Positions 50,469-62,524 of a DNA stretch of 64,000 bases are shown in pieces. Both the position numbers and the translations under genes were made by a program. Source of the stretch: Cirrosporium novae-zelandiae (lineage: Eukaryota); NCBI GenBank assembly GCA_026023565.1, contig JAPETS010000008.1:124001-188000 (forward strand), written 5' to 3'. The number at the start of each line of letters is the position of its first letter. Position 1 is the first letter of the stretch. The notes under the pieces are model-generated. The model was given only the letters and a program-made list of their open reading frames with translations. It had not been told where the DNA came from and made no database searches.

Positions 50469-53400
50469 ATGGCTCAATACCCTGCTCCACCACCTTATAG
50501 TGGTGCATACCATTATGACCCTCAGTGGTCCGCTCCACCAGCACCATACCCACCTCCCATGAATGGAGAATCCCAACCGCATACTCCCTTGGGGACAGCA
50601 CCACCTATTCACGCGTTCCAAAACATGCGACCTGCCAACGCAACCAATTTCAACAGCAACTTCCAAGGGTTCAACTATCCGCCTGTTCCTCATCCACATC
50701 TACCTCCACCTCCTCCTGGGTCGCTGCCCTTTAATTATTCAAATGCGCCACTGCCCCCTCCTTATCCTCCAATTCCCCTACCTCACACTAGCTACTTGCA
50801 ATTTCCATTCCCACCACTACAGGCGCCCTCTCAGAGCCAATTACAAACAACCTCTGACACACGACCTCAGACAGCAGTTCTCGAACAACCGATCGTTCTG
50901 ACCAGCAACAAAACTCTAGGACCAGCGATGGGGGATAAAAGTTCAAAAGCAGACGCAGAGGAAGGGGAATTAAGTGACAACGAAACGGCATCAACAATGC
51001 CTAGTAATGGAGCGCGACGTGATCAAATATTCGGAAATTCATTGCGTAATGAAGTGAATGGTCGTGCTCGATTTAGCGATCAAGGACAGAGGGAGAGCCG
51101 ACCGACCAGTCGTCGTCAAGGTAGAGCATCCCACAACATGAGAATTGAATGATGATGACAGTATTAAACTAATCCTTAATCTAGACGATTCTCCTAAATC
51201 GAACCAAGTATCTGTACGGAATTCACCACCAATTTGTTCTCCAGAACCCATCCCACAACGAAGACAATATGACTCGTATACTCCCCGAGGGCCTGCAAGT
51301 GAACTCCACCGCAGAAATGCGAATCGTGCAATGAATGACACAATTCAGTCAAAGAATAACAGTGAGCCCCTCTTCGAACGTTTATTCTAGTCTTGCTGAG
51401 TGCAATAGGTTACCAAAGTTACCGGCCTCGCTCTCGATCACCTGTCCGTCATGATGATGGTTTTCCGACAAACTTGATCAATAGTTATAGAACGCGTTCT
51501 CCTGGCTTTCATGGAACCACTTCCAGTCAAGATGCGACCAAGCCAAACGAGCCTCGTTACGACAAATACGAATCTACCAGTGGAAAATCCATTGCCGAAA
51601 TACGTCGCCTAACCATTGATGCTCTTCATGAATTCGAGCAGCAAAACATCAAATTTGAAGATCTTGTCAAAGAAGGCGTTTCGGCAGAGATAATAAAGAA
51701 GCTTCTTCCTGGATTTGGTCCAAAGACAAGTTCAGGAGGATTGGGTAAGAAGTCTAAACAGACACCTCAAAAGAATGTTCAAGTACAGGCCTCCATTACT
51801 ACTGAATCATCGAAAACGCCAACGAAGAATGTCTTCGCAGGTGATATTTCGAAGGTGAAAGACTCTGTTACCTCAGGAGAAAAAGCTAGCCGTGATCACC
51901 TTCCCGGCCTAAATAGCACACCAGCTACAAGCCAACCAAGCCTAAAGACTACTACTTTGTCTTCCGGCAAGGAGGCAACGCAGGCCGCACAACCGCCTAC
52001 ATCAGCTAATCTCTCGCGCAAGGAACGCATTGCCCTTATGTTCGGTAAACTTGAGGGAAAGTCACACCCACCAGCAACTCAGCCCACGCGGACATTGCAA
52101 AAACCTCAACAAGAACATGCGCCCTTGTCGATACCTCCAAAACCGGCCGATTCTCCCTTGGCTGCCCCTACTCCCCCCCAGATGGATTCAGAACCACCCA
52201 GTGTGTCTGAATTGCCGCCAGTACCACCTACACCTTCAATCAAACCTGAACTATCAAAAATCCACGAAAAGGTAGCATCGTTGAGAGAGAAACTATTGAT
52301 TAATAGAGGATCTCAGCCAAAGCCTCCACCTATTTCGCGGAGAACTTCTGATGACGAGTTGTATTTGAGTACACCCCCTAGTGAGCATGCTAAAGAGGTC
52401 CCGAAAACAACTGGAAAACAAGACCAAACTGAGTCGCCCAAGCCATCTCTTCAGCGAGGCCCAAGTCAACAGCCACCTCCATTGACTCAACAAGCACCTG
52501 CCGATGATATGTTCAGTGGCATTCCTGGCTTATTCATGACATCAGCTAATGATGCCGCACCTACTCCCGCTTCGCCAGTCCAACCTCCTACTCCAATACC
52601 AGTGGCTGTAGAATCACCCCAAGTAATTCCAATTGGACGAAAACGAAATGTTGAGTCCTTGCAAACTTCTGGTGCTTCAACCCCTAGTTCCAAGAGACCA
52701 TTTGGGCAGAGCAGATCATTCGAACAAGTTTGGATCGGTGAAAGTGATGATGATGGTAATGAGACTGATAACAGCGGCAACGATATGGATATCGATGACG
52801 GGCCAGAGCCAAGTCCTCCCCCACAATCCCAGACAAGCGAGGGCCAAAAACCGCTAATGATACGTGACATGCCACCATTGAGTGACTTCCCTTCTCGCAA
52901 GAGCTTTAATAGTCCTTCGGCTGTAAGAACACCATCCCAAATCCCCACGCCAACAAAAACTTCTAAGCCGAACGAACTCGCTCTTAAAATGGAGGAAATT
53001 GAACGGATGAAAAAACAAATAGCCCAGAGGGAAAGGGAACGACAGCTTAAGTCGAAGTCTAATGTGAGCCGGCCGCAGACACCTGCTGGTACTGCGCCGG
53101 TCCATTTAAAGACAGCTAGTCATTCGTATTCTGTTCCTCCCGAAGCCGCACACATTGACCAGAGAACGTCCCTGTCAAGGACTCGGTCCCTTCCTCTTAA
53201 CGATCTCGAACGGAAAGGATCTGTTGAATCTGCGGAAATTGCTGAGCCAGAGCACTCAACAGACCCAAAAAATGAATTGACTGTCCACGAGCCAGCATGT
53301 GAACAAGAACCGATAATTACTAAGGTTGGACAAGAGATGATCGAGAATCCGCCACAATCTACAAATCATCATGGCCAGAGAGCAAGTTTGGAGAGAGCAA

Positions 53401-55480
53401 ATTCTGAATCGACTTTGACTGCCGCTGAGCAAGTTGGTACCGGCGACAGTCGTCCTCGAGGTAACGCCATTGAACAGCAGATGTCAAGGATTGAGATCAT
53501 GCGTCTTGAGATAGCCCGAGAGGAAGCGAAGCTTCGAAAGATGCACGACGAAGAGATGAAGTCAAAAAAGGTCCAAGATAATACTAAGGCTATCGTAGAC
53601 AGCCCTACTACAGCTTATGGATATAATTCGCTGTATGACGGTTCCTTCGTGGCTGAATCCAAGATTGATTCGACTCTCCGAGTATCGAACGTCCCTTACG
53701 AAAGTACTAAAGAAGATATCAAAGCTTTCTTTGATTTCTATTCTGTGTGAGTAGACGACACTCTTATAAACTTTAATGAAAGAATTCTAAGTGCGTATAG
53801 CCAATGGCTTCTCCGCCCTTGCGATCCTCAAGCTCAACCAGCAGATTTTGCGATTGTCGAATTAGGTAACGATAATGATGCATCCGATGCCATTTCTCGA
53901 TTATCAGGTCAGATGTGGAATGGCCGAAACCTAACTGTTTCTTACGCTGTTGATGGCCCACCAAAGGACGAGCCAAGGTGGCATGAGGCTCTTATTGGTC
54001 AAGGCTACCTACTTGTACCACCATCAGAGCGCCGTAACAATTCCTGTACGTTCAGTTCCGCATCCTCTCTTGGTTACTTGGCTGAAGCGTCTTGATACTT
54101 CCAGATTACCCCGCTAACATTTGATTTGTAGCATCTATGACTGCTTTAGAGAAGACTCCCTCTCCACAACTTGATTCTGTATCAGATAACAAAGCCCAGA
54201 GCCAACAGGATGAAGATTCTCTACAGTCACAAGCATCCCCCATACCCGAGATTGATGTCATTGAAGCTCATCCTACAATAGCAGCTTCGGTTAAAGCCAG
54301 CTCTGAGATGTCAACGAGCAGCTCCGAGGAAGGTGAAGTTTCTGATACCATACCTATTAACATCCAGCATAACATGGCGATGGATCAGTCATCGCAGCAA
54401 CTAGAAGCTGACCTGTTGAAGGTCGCCGAAGAGAAGCACGCACCTAGTAATTCACCTGATAGTTCATTAGACGTGCAGGGTTACTCGGATGTGTCTCCTG
54501 CAACCAACGCCAGCGCTGAAATCTGTCAAAAAGAAGAACCTTCAATACCACATAACTGCAGCCATAATCATGATATGACTGACTCGGACAGCATGGAATA
54601 CTCCGACGAGTCTAACGATTCTGATGAATACGAACCTCCAGAACCTGGCTCTCCTCCAAATCAAACAAATGGGGCCTTAGGCAGTATTACTTTTAGCCCA
54701 CCGCCTCCAAGCGAGCCTAATCCGAGACCTAATATCGTAGATCCATCTGTTTCTGTTCCTTTTATTTCTGACCCAGTTCAGGTTGACTCTCCCGATGAAG
54801 AGTCTATGTTAAGCCAGATTCCGGATGCTATGGCCCCCCAGCCAGTTTCTCGGGTAAGAAATCCTCCTTTTTTCTAGCTGTCTTGTATTGACTTTTATAG
54901 GAACAATCGGTAATTCATGAAAATAAGGGTCACTTTTCCCCTTATGAAAGCCCCCTAAAAGCTCTTAAAAGCTACCGCTTCCACCCGAATTATCTTTCTG
55001 AAACGCAAGGAGGATACCGTTCCGTGACTTACAGTAACACCCTTCCCGATAATGGGGATGTGACATTGTGCAAATATGAGACAGCTGGAGGTGTCTGTAA
55101 CGATAAGAGCTGCGAATATCAGCATTTTCGCGACATGTGCGTTAGTGGTGCGTTGATGGAGTCAGCCGACCAGTCTCTCTTTTGTTCCTGTTTTCTATCT
55201 TTGCTATCTCTGAGCATTTCCCATCTTCCCTTTGGCTTGTTCGCGAAACTGACTTTGCACCCAATTAACACCGCTAGATGATAAAATTCTCTTCGGAATT
55301 GGTCGCGTCAATGAAGGACAAACTCCTGACCAACAGCGCGAATACGCCACAGGCCTTCACAAAATTATCAGCAACCTACGTGAAAATCGAGTAAAAGACG
55401 TTGACACCATCGCTTCCGAAATCGTGGCGTATCGTCGACGCTTTCTGAACGAGGATCCTGCCAAAATGCTGCCACTGTAA
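50469..55480 (+). CDS. Red1/ZFC3H1-like zf-C3H1 protein (MTREC/NURS scaffold-like) with internal RRM; 7 exons: 50469-51120, 51185-51361, 51409-53746, 53801-54045, 54132-54853, 54901-55147, 55278-55480
   Basis: C-terminal FSPYESPLKALKSYRFHPNY...YRSVTYSN...LCKYETAGGVCNDKSCEYQHFRD, as in fungal Red1-like proteins. EEGELSD and EEGEVSD motifs; Pro-rich disordered N-terminus; six GT-AG introns keep frame. Confidence 0.8.
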
Positions 55481-58270
55481 GCACAAAATTATTCGATGAG
55501 GCTGAAGTATTAAACCTTTCAAGTCCTTTGGAGTTTTTCCTTACGACAAATCTACATGAGGTATATCATCGTATGACAATACAAACCCAGAAATGAGAAT
55601 TTAGCCGTCTGCCACTCAGCCGATAGCTCCTGTAAAACTATCTCCTTGTTATTTTTTTCCTCCTTTTGCATACATACCCCAGCTATTTCTTTTGTTCCCC
55701 GCCAATGGAACAAGGATGTGTTCCGAAATCTGCATAGCGCAGGCGTTGAAGGTATCGACACTTTGATATGCTAAAGGCCAGTGTACTTCCAGAGTCTGGT
55801 GTTGAAGGGACTTTGGGATCTAGAAAGCCTAGGTATTTGAGTACTCTTTCCGGGATTCGCGAGGTCAGGGCGTCGGGATTCGGACTGGAGCGGGTTAATG
55901 CAATGGAATGGTAGATCAATCTACCATTTCCCAGTGAATACCGTTCGCGCCAGGCGGTGTGGATAGTTAGAAATGAAATCTTTTAATCCATCAAAAACGT
56001 ATTCTCCAGTTGTAGAATAGTATAGCCACGATTAGAATAATGGCCAAGAAACCTTTCCGGTGGTTTATAGTACTCATAATTATATGCAAGGCCGAAGAAT
56101 TTGGAAGCCTACCGATTAGAAAGAATACGGATAGTCGATAGTTGTGTAATTAGATAATAAAGTAATTAACTGAAACTAGTGATGGTGCTTGGTAGCTAGC
56201 AAGTTTTTTCCATATTTCCTATTTCCTCCACTCACCATTTAACCATCACCATGTCAACACATATCCAAAGTTCTTTAGCGGGTATCAAGAAATTCGTCAT
56301 CTGACGAATCATAAAATACTATATTCGGGTGAACCTAGGTACATCGTTGTCTGATCTTCGAATAGGATTGTTCGTCCTTTGGAGGGACTTTCTGCTGGGT
56401 TATCCTGCGGAGTGGTTGCAATGGTCTAACCTTGGGACATCTCTCTCTCTTTTCTTCTTCTCTCTTAGCCTCAATGAAGCAACTGTCCTTTCTTAAATAA
56501 TATTTTCTAGTTTTCCTAGTTTTATTTATTTATTTCTATCTATCAGTCGTAGTCGACCTGTTGTGAAGAGGGGATTGGCCTATCTAGTCTAGAGATAGAT
56601 CTATTGGCAGCGTTGCTTGAGAATAGGTTTCCTATTAGATGAGGTGATTTTTCTGTTATCTGAGTATCAAATTGAAGGGATGAACATGGTGAGGTCTCAA
56701 GCTCAGACGTGGGGATTAGATTTGATAAGGCTTGCAGCCGCAGGCACCGCCTACACGGCTTGCTTCACTACTTGTGTGGACGACTTCGGGACTGCTAGGA
56801 ACGCTACTCAGTTGGCACACGATGTTGTTTCATGTGGTATGCACTATAAAAGAGTTTCGTTTCTATCTGTCGTTTTTCTGACATTGTGAAATTTTAGTGG
56901 AATCCTGCTGTGAAGAATACCCAGACGTCTGCGACTGAGCATGTAAGTAAAAAGAGGCCGAGGCGCTCTTCTCGGATATTCTAGAACCTCCGTAGAGTCT
57001 TGCTTATTCAAGCGGTTTTAGATCGAGGATGCTCTGTCGGCATTTCTCTCCGTCATTCGAAATTGAATGCTCGGGGTGGGTTGGTTAGATTGGTGGGGGT
57101 TGGGGCGTTATGGCCCTTCCGTGCCTTATCTCTCTATTTCCTTCCCTATGTGAGCATCTTCCATTCCCGTTTTGTATTTCTAAGAATGATTTAGATCTCT
57201 GAATTTTGGGGGCTCGGTCTTCATACATTAGAAAGAGATACCGGAAAGCTCGAACCTAGATAGAGGGGACCATTCAGGATTTTCGGAAGAGACGTACACT
57301 TGTCTTATATCCACTCGAACGATTGAATGGCCGGAGGATTCTTGAAGGACTTGGCCCACCGGATCGGCGGGTACATATCTAGACTCAGGATCTAGGGAGC
57401 CTGACCAGGTCAGCGACGGACTCGACGTCTTCTTCAACAACCTTAATTCCTTCAGCACAGTCTGGTTAAACATAACTACCTAGGTACCTACCTACTATCG
57501 CCTACTTTAGCCTAGCAGCCTATTGTTTAAATCTATCCGGTGATTTATTTACCGTTCGCACCGAGAAGGTTCGATAATACTCCTCCAGTATGATGCTATA
57601 TACCGAGGATAGGCGAGTTTCAAAAAACTTTTCTTGCTACAATCAAGATCCTAAAGACAAATCTGACTCTGAAAATAATATCAGAAAGTATGGCCTCGGT
57701 ACCTTTAAACCTGCCAAATCTTCCCCAAAGAAATAAAATTTTTAGAACGTATCAAAACTTATGGTGTTTTTTTTAAGAAAGAAAAAACTTGAATCGATAT
57801 CATATAGGCAAATAATAAATGATGGTCAACAAAAGCCAAGGCTATCTTTTGACTAGGTTAAGCATCATGGAATAATAAGCAGGGCGCGGCAAGTGCTGAG
57901 GCCATATTGTGAGCGAATGAAGTGGTATATGACATGTTTATATTTGAAGAAATAACGTTTTGAGTCTGAGACTGCAATGTCCAAGCAAGGAGAAGATAAC
58001 TTTGGATACTAGCGAAGACTAGTCTTGATGGTCGGCACAGACATTCATCTGACCCACGGAACAAAATTTTAGACCTTAGATCTTATTCTCCTAGGATTTG
58101 GGCAGGGGCTTTTGATGTCTCTATTTATCCAAGCTCCCTAATGATGACATCACTGTACCCTCAGACACAGGTATCCCGGTCTCAGCCATATACTCTGCTA
58201 AGTCGAATTTCAAAGTGTGCCAGTTCTTTACACACGATGCTTCCAAGTGCAAATGTAGAGTGTACGAGTC

Positions 58271-58588
58271 ATGACTACCTCTACTAGAAGTCATTCCATC
58301 GCTTCTAGGGAGAGCTTAAATAAGGATCAAGCGAGGCGAGAGGCGAGCGCTGGATATAGAAGCTATATGGCAACAACGAACGCACTTTCTAGGGATGTGA
58401 TTGATAGAGAGAAAGTGAAAGGGGAGGCTATGGTTGCTTATAGAAAGTATACGACACTCAGAGGTTCGTCTATTAAATGGCATCGAATTTGGCAAGGAAC
58501 ATTTGGTTATATAGCCATACCTGTTAATTACATAAAATACGCGGAGCTACAAAAGGCTCTCGGCCGAAGCTATCCCGATAACATTTAG
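58271..58588 (+). CDS. Small hypothetical protein (105 aa)
   Basis: ATG-initiated ORF in a CATGA context with plausible composition; no recognisable motif. Confidence 0.25.
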   Translation: MTTSTRSHSIASRESLNKDQARREASAGYRSYMATTNALSRDVIDREKVKGEAMVAYRKYTTLRGSSIKWHRIWQGTFGYIAIPVNYIKYAELQKALGRSYPDNI

Positions 58589-59006
58589 CGGATAAAATAA
58601 CCTCCAGGGTACTCAACTACATTCCCTCTTTATTCCAACAACCCAACACCCATCCTCTCCCATTATTTGATATTTATTATTCTCAGCTAATATAAAATAC
58701 TGATCTAAGACTCATGGCAAAAAGCTATTTCAATTTGCGAGTTTGAAATGTTAGCATTCTAGCTAAGGCCTACGACGAAAGACTAAGGTGTCGTTGTCGT
58801 CACCTCAGCTCTTGTTAGCCAACGACTCCACTCGAGTAAGATCTAGAAACCCAGGAACTTGATATTTAAACGTGTTTGATTAACTAATCTCAAGTACGAG
58901 GCTTGTATGAGCACATAAAACTATGGGAATTTTACTTGTTATTCCTTAACCAGCAGAATAACGCAATCTCAAACGCCTAGCTTTCAGTTTTTTCCTTGAC
59001 GTTCTT

Positions 59007-59492
59007 TTATGCCTCCGCGCCTTCAGCCGTGGTTGGCTGTTCCCCATAATACTCAACCAGTTCCAAGAGGCTGGCCTTTACTTCCTCTATATCGGTATCA
59101 TCGACAATGTCCGCTATCGGTGTGATAGGCCAGATAGTAGGCTCATCCTGGAACCGTACGCGCTTGGTATTAGACCTGGATGTCGGCTCTTTCTTGAGGA
59201 TACTCTTCTTGGGAATGTTGTTCCTGTAGGAATAGGTCGGCTCTCGGACACCAGTAGAGCGGTTATTTCGATTTAGATTAGTGTTATCGTCTGTTACCCT
59301 CGTTAGGGACGGGGAAGATGGCGCGATTGGAGAACCAGGGGGCATGATTGCTAAATTTCCGGATAGTGGGCTGAGAGGAGAAGACTTGGGTTCTCGTCCA
59401 TCCTTATCTTTTGAGTTATCTCCGTAATTGTTTGAATTTGCGATCGAGATCTTGATGGTGGCCTTGGGTTTTTTCTTCGAGAGTATAGCCAT
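59007..59492 (-). CDS. Small disordered protein (161 aa) with SILK and RVxF PP1-docking-like motifs
   Basis: ATG in an AAATGG context; single ORF; contains KKSILKK and, nine residues after the SILK motif, KRVRF; acidic C-terminus. Confidence 0.6.
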   Translation of the reverse strand: MAILSKKKPKATIKISIANSNNYGDNSKDKDGREPKSSPLSPLSGNLAIMPPGSPIAPSSPSLTRVTDDNTNLNRNNRSTGVREPTYSYRNNIPKKSILKKEPTSRSNTKRVRFQDEPTIWPITPIADIVDDTDIEEVKASLLELVEYYGEQPTTAEGAEA

Positions 59493-59981
59493 TTCGAGTA
59501 TTTTCCAGGACGAGGTCGGTATAATTGAATTTGGGTTGAAGTTCTCTTCGTGATTATGGGTGTTTCATCTTTGAAGTCCTTGAAAGATATTATATTCTCT
59601 ACTAGAACAGAATGGTATGGAAAGAGAACATTTTTTGAAACATTACTGTTGAATTTCTTTGTCGCTGGGGGGCTTTTACAATGGCGTTGTCTGGGTTCTC
59701 TACAATAACGAGTTTTACAATACCATTGTTCAGTTCCTCTTTGTTCTTCAAATTTATCTTTTTGAGATCCCCTTCTTTACTTTGTGTACCTTTTGAAATT
59801 TCTTCTTAAAGATCCAACTTTATATAAAAGCATTGTATAGACGAGAAGTATAAATGTTATCTATCCTCTCCAATATGGCAACCAACTTTCTTCAAGAGTT
59901 CATTCTCAGCACTACACTCGACTCGAGATATCGACCCTCAATACCATCAAATCCCAGGTCTTATAAATATACCTTGAAATC

Positions 59982-61418
59982 ATGGCTAACTACAGTGATG
60001 CAGGCTCATCACGGCAGAACATGACGATGAGAGACAAGAAAACACAACAGCAGAACAAAAGGAACTCAAAAACTCCCACAGCAACTCCTATATCGTCAAC
60101 AACGGTACAGGAAGGTAACCGTTACAGATCTAACCGAAAAGTAGCCGCCAAAAACCCATCAAGAGCCGTTCAATTTTTCGGAGCAGGGCAGGATGACGGT
60201 GACTACGACATGCTAGGTCAGACGGATAACAGAGTGATCGAAGACTTTGAAAAAATACGGGACGCAGAAATCCATCTCGGTGAGTACAACGCCAACAACC
60301 CCTGGAACTATAAACTCCGTCGGGAAATAACCGCAGTGGAATTTGCTAACGGAAAGTCAAAATGGCTTCAGGACATAAAATCCCAATTCAGCATCACGCC
60401 TGACGCATCAATGTCCTACGGCATCAACGCAGTCGCAGCATTCAAGGCGCACTGCCTGAGCATCCCACCATCCCTAGGCACCGCCGTCCAAGCAACCCAA
60501 CTCACCAACGAAGTCCACCCAATATTCAGCCGTCAAGTCTTCGACCAGCTCGAAGACGAGATATACGAACTCTTCCTCCCGACCCTACGCCTGGCAACCA
60601 AATTCATCACCACCCCATGCTGCCTCCAGCTCTTTGCCGACCTAACATTCAGCTCGCGGGCCGTGGACCCCACCAAAAAGGGCCCCCGCAGCAGACCCAT
60701 AAGCCGCCTCGTCACCACCACCCCGAACCAAAAAACCATAACCCCCGCCCAATTCTCCCTCCTCCAAACCCACCTCCTCTCTCTCGTACCCTACACCCGC
60801 ATCCGCTTCGCGGAAATGCTCCAGATCCACCCGCACATGATGCTCGGCACCATGCACACCTCGTCCGAGTTCCTCGTCCTCATCGATGCCGACCACCTGT
60901 CCTTCCTCCTCAAACTCTCCCGGAACGGAAACCTCAACCCGGCTCAGACCCTGCGCTCCAACTTCTTCATCGCCCTCTGCCTCTGCCACGAGCTCGCCCA
61001 CGTGTGGGAGTGCTCCTTGCACCCAGACCGCGATCGCAACCTGGACGACGAGCCTTACTACCTACCGGGGGATCCGGAGGCGGAGCTGGGGTACGCATGG
61101 GAGCGGGAAGTTTTTGGAGGCAGGGTTTGGCCGGCCAGCCACCGGATGGACTGCCAGCACGGGCTCGTCACCTTTGACTGGCCGCCGGATACGTCGCTGC
61201 TGGCCAAGAGGTTCGTCGTGGGCATGGAGTATGTGGCGAGGATTCAGACCATGGAGGTCTGGGAGCGGGCACGGGATTCTCACGATCCCGCCTTCTTCCA
61301 TGTCCCGAGGACCGGACCTGTGGGGTATTATTCTGATGGGATGGATTTTCAGGGGCTTAGTCCTGCCGACAGGGTTCATATCTTGGGACCTATTCATCCC
61401 CCGGAAAGACAGAGCTGA
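59982..61418 (+). CDS. Hypothetical protein with HEXXH zinc-metallopeptidase-like motif (478 aa, intronless)
   Basis: Long ORF with strong codon bias. ALCLCHELAHVWE is followed by EPYY...AELGYAWEREVFGG. No signal peptide evident. TATA-like elements lie upstream (TATATAAA about 59821). Confidence 0.8.
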   Translation: MANYSDAGSSRQNMTMRDKKTQQQNKRNSKTPTATPISSTTVQEGNRYRSNRKVAAKNPSRAVQFFGAGQDDGDYDMLGQTDNRVIEDFEKIRDAEIHLGEYNANNPWNYKLRREITAVEFANGKSKWLQDIKSQFSITPDASMSYGINAVAAFKAHCLSIPPSLGTAVQATQLTNEVHPIFSRQVFDQLEDEIYELFLPTLRLATKFITTPCCLQLFADLTFSSRAVDPTKKGPRSRPISRLVTTTPNQKTITPAQFSLLQTHLLSLVPYTRIRFAEMLQIHPHMMLGTMHTSSEFLVLIDADHLSFLLKLSRNGNLNPAQTLRSNFFIALCLCHELAHVWECSLHPDRDRNLDDEPYYLPGDPEAELGYAWEREVFGGRVWPASHRMDCQHGLVTFDWPPDTSLLAKRFVVGMEYVARIQTMEVWERARDSHDPAFFHVPRTGPVGYYSDGMDFQGLSPADRVHILGPIHPPERQS

Positions 61419-62524
61419 TGATGGCTATGTTTAATTCTTGCGGTAAGTTTTCCCCCCCTTTTCCGATATCACACTACTGTAAATGCCTACCATGACATAA
61501 GGACTCCATATCCAAAATGATAACATAATTTTTTTTTAATTAATAACAATCACCTCAATAATCACAAATCAATAACCTGTAACCCTCATAACCTCTCGTA
61601 AGTGATTTCCTCCCTATATCCCTCCCTCCCCTTTTCACACAGCAAGCCTAGCTAGACAACAATAACAAGTCATCTAAATACCTAATCCACTCCTTCCATC
61701 CCCTCCATCTATAAATAATTCCGTAAACTAACCAGGTTTAATTATACCATCTCCGTACTTCCATATACACAATAACTCATTCCATTCTATTCTTAAATCC
61801 CTAATTTCCTACATCCCCCTTACCTATCATTTGATTACAATACTTTTACGTACTGTAGTCGTAACACAGTGTAGACTATCTGACACTAGCAGCACAGTCC
61901 TAGTCCCTTAGTCTGATTGCCCTCGCCCTGTTTGTCTAAACTCTAATGGTTATGCTCGTTGCTATATATAGATACATAGAAAACTCTAATATCTCCCTAT
62001 ACCGAACATATCAATGTAATCATCTAAATTTTAAACAAATTTACCATGATATGAATGAGCTGTCATTGCTATATCAACGTTGCCTTCTATTTTATCCTGT
62101 CACCAAAAAAGCGAACCGTCACCACCATGTAGTTAAAAAGATAGAAATCACATGCGTTTTTATTGAGATTGGTATCTATCTCAAAGTTACAACCATCTGC
62201 CTAAGGGAGGGTATTCTCCATTTTACAATCCACGCCTGGCCTATCTACCTTGTAATATCCATTTCTACCAATGTTATAAATGAAAGAAAGAAAGTAAGAC
62301 ACATCCGAAACAAACCAGCCCCATATGTCCACCTTTTTAGCTTTTGCTATGCATTGCCAAGTCCTATTCCTTTTAAACCCAAATGAGGATACCGCTTATA
62401 GTGCGAAGTCGTGAAGGAGGAATATATCCGTTAGAAAAGAAACATGATACACTGGGAACCGTCGATTGCGAATCCGTAGGAAAGAGGTTTGAGGATCGAA
62501 AATGTAGCACACGAAATTGGGGCA

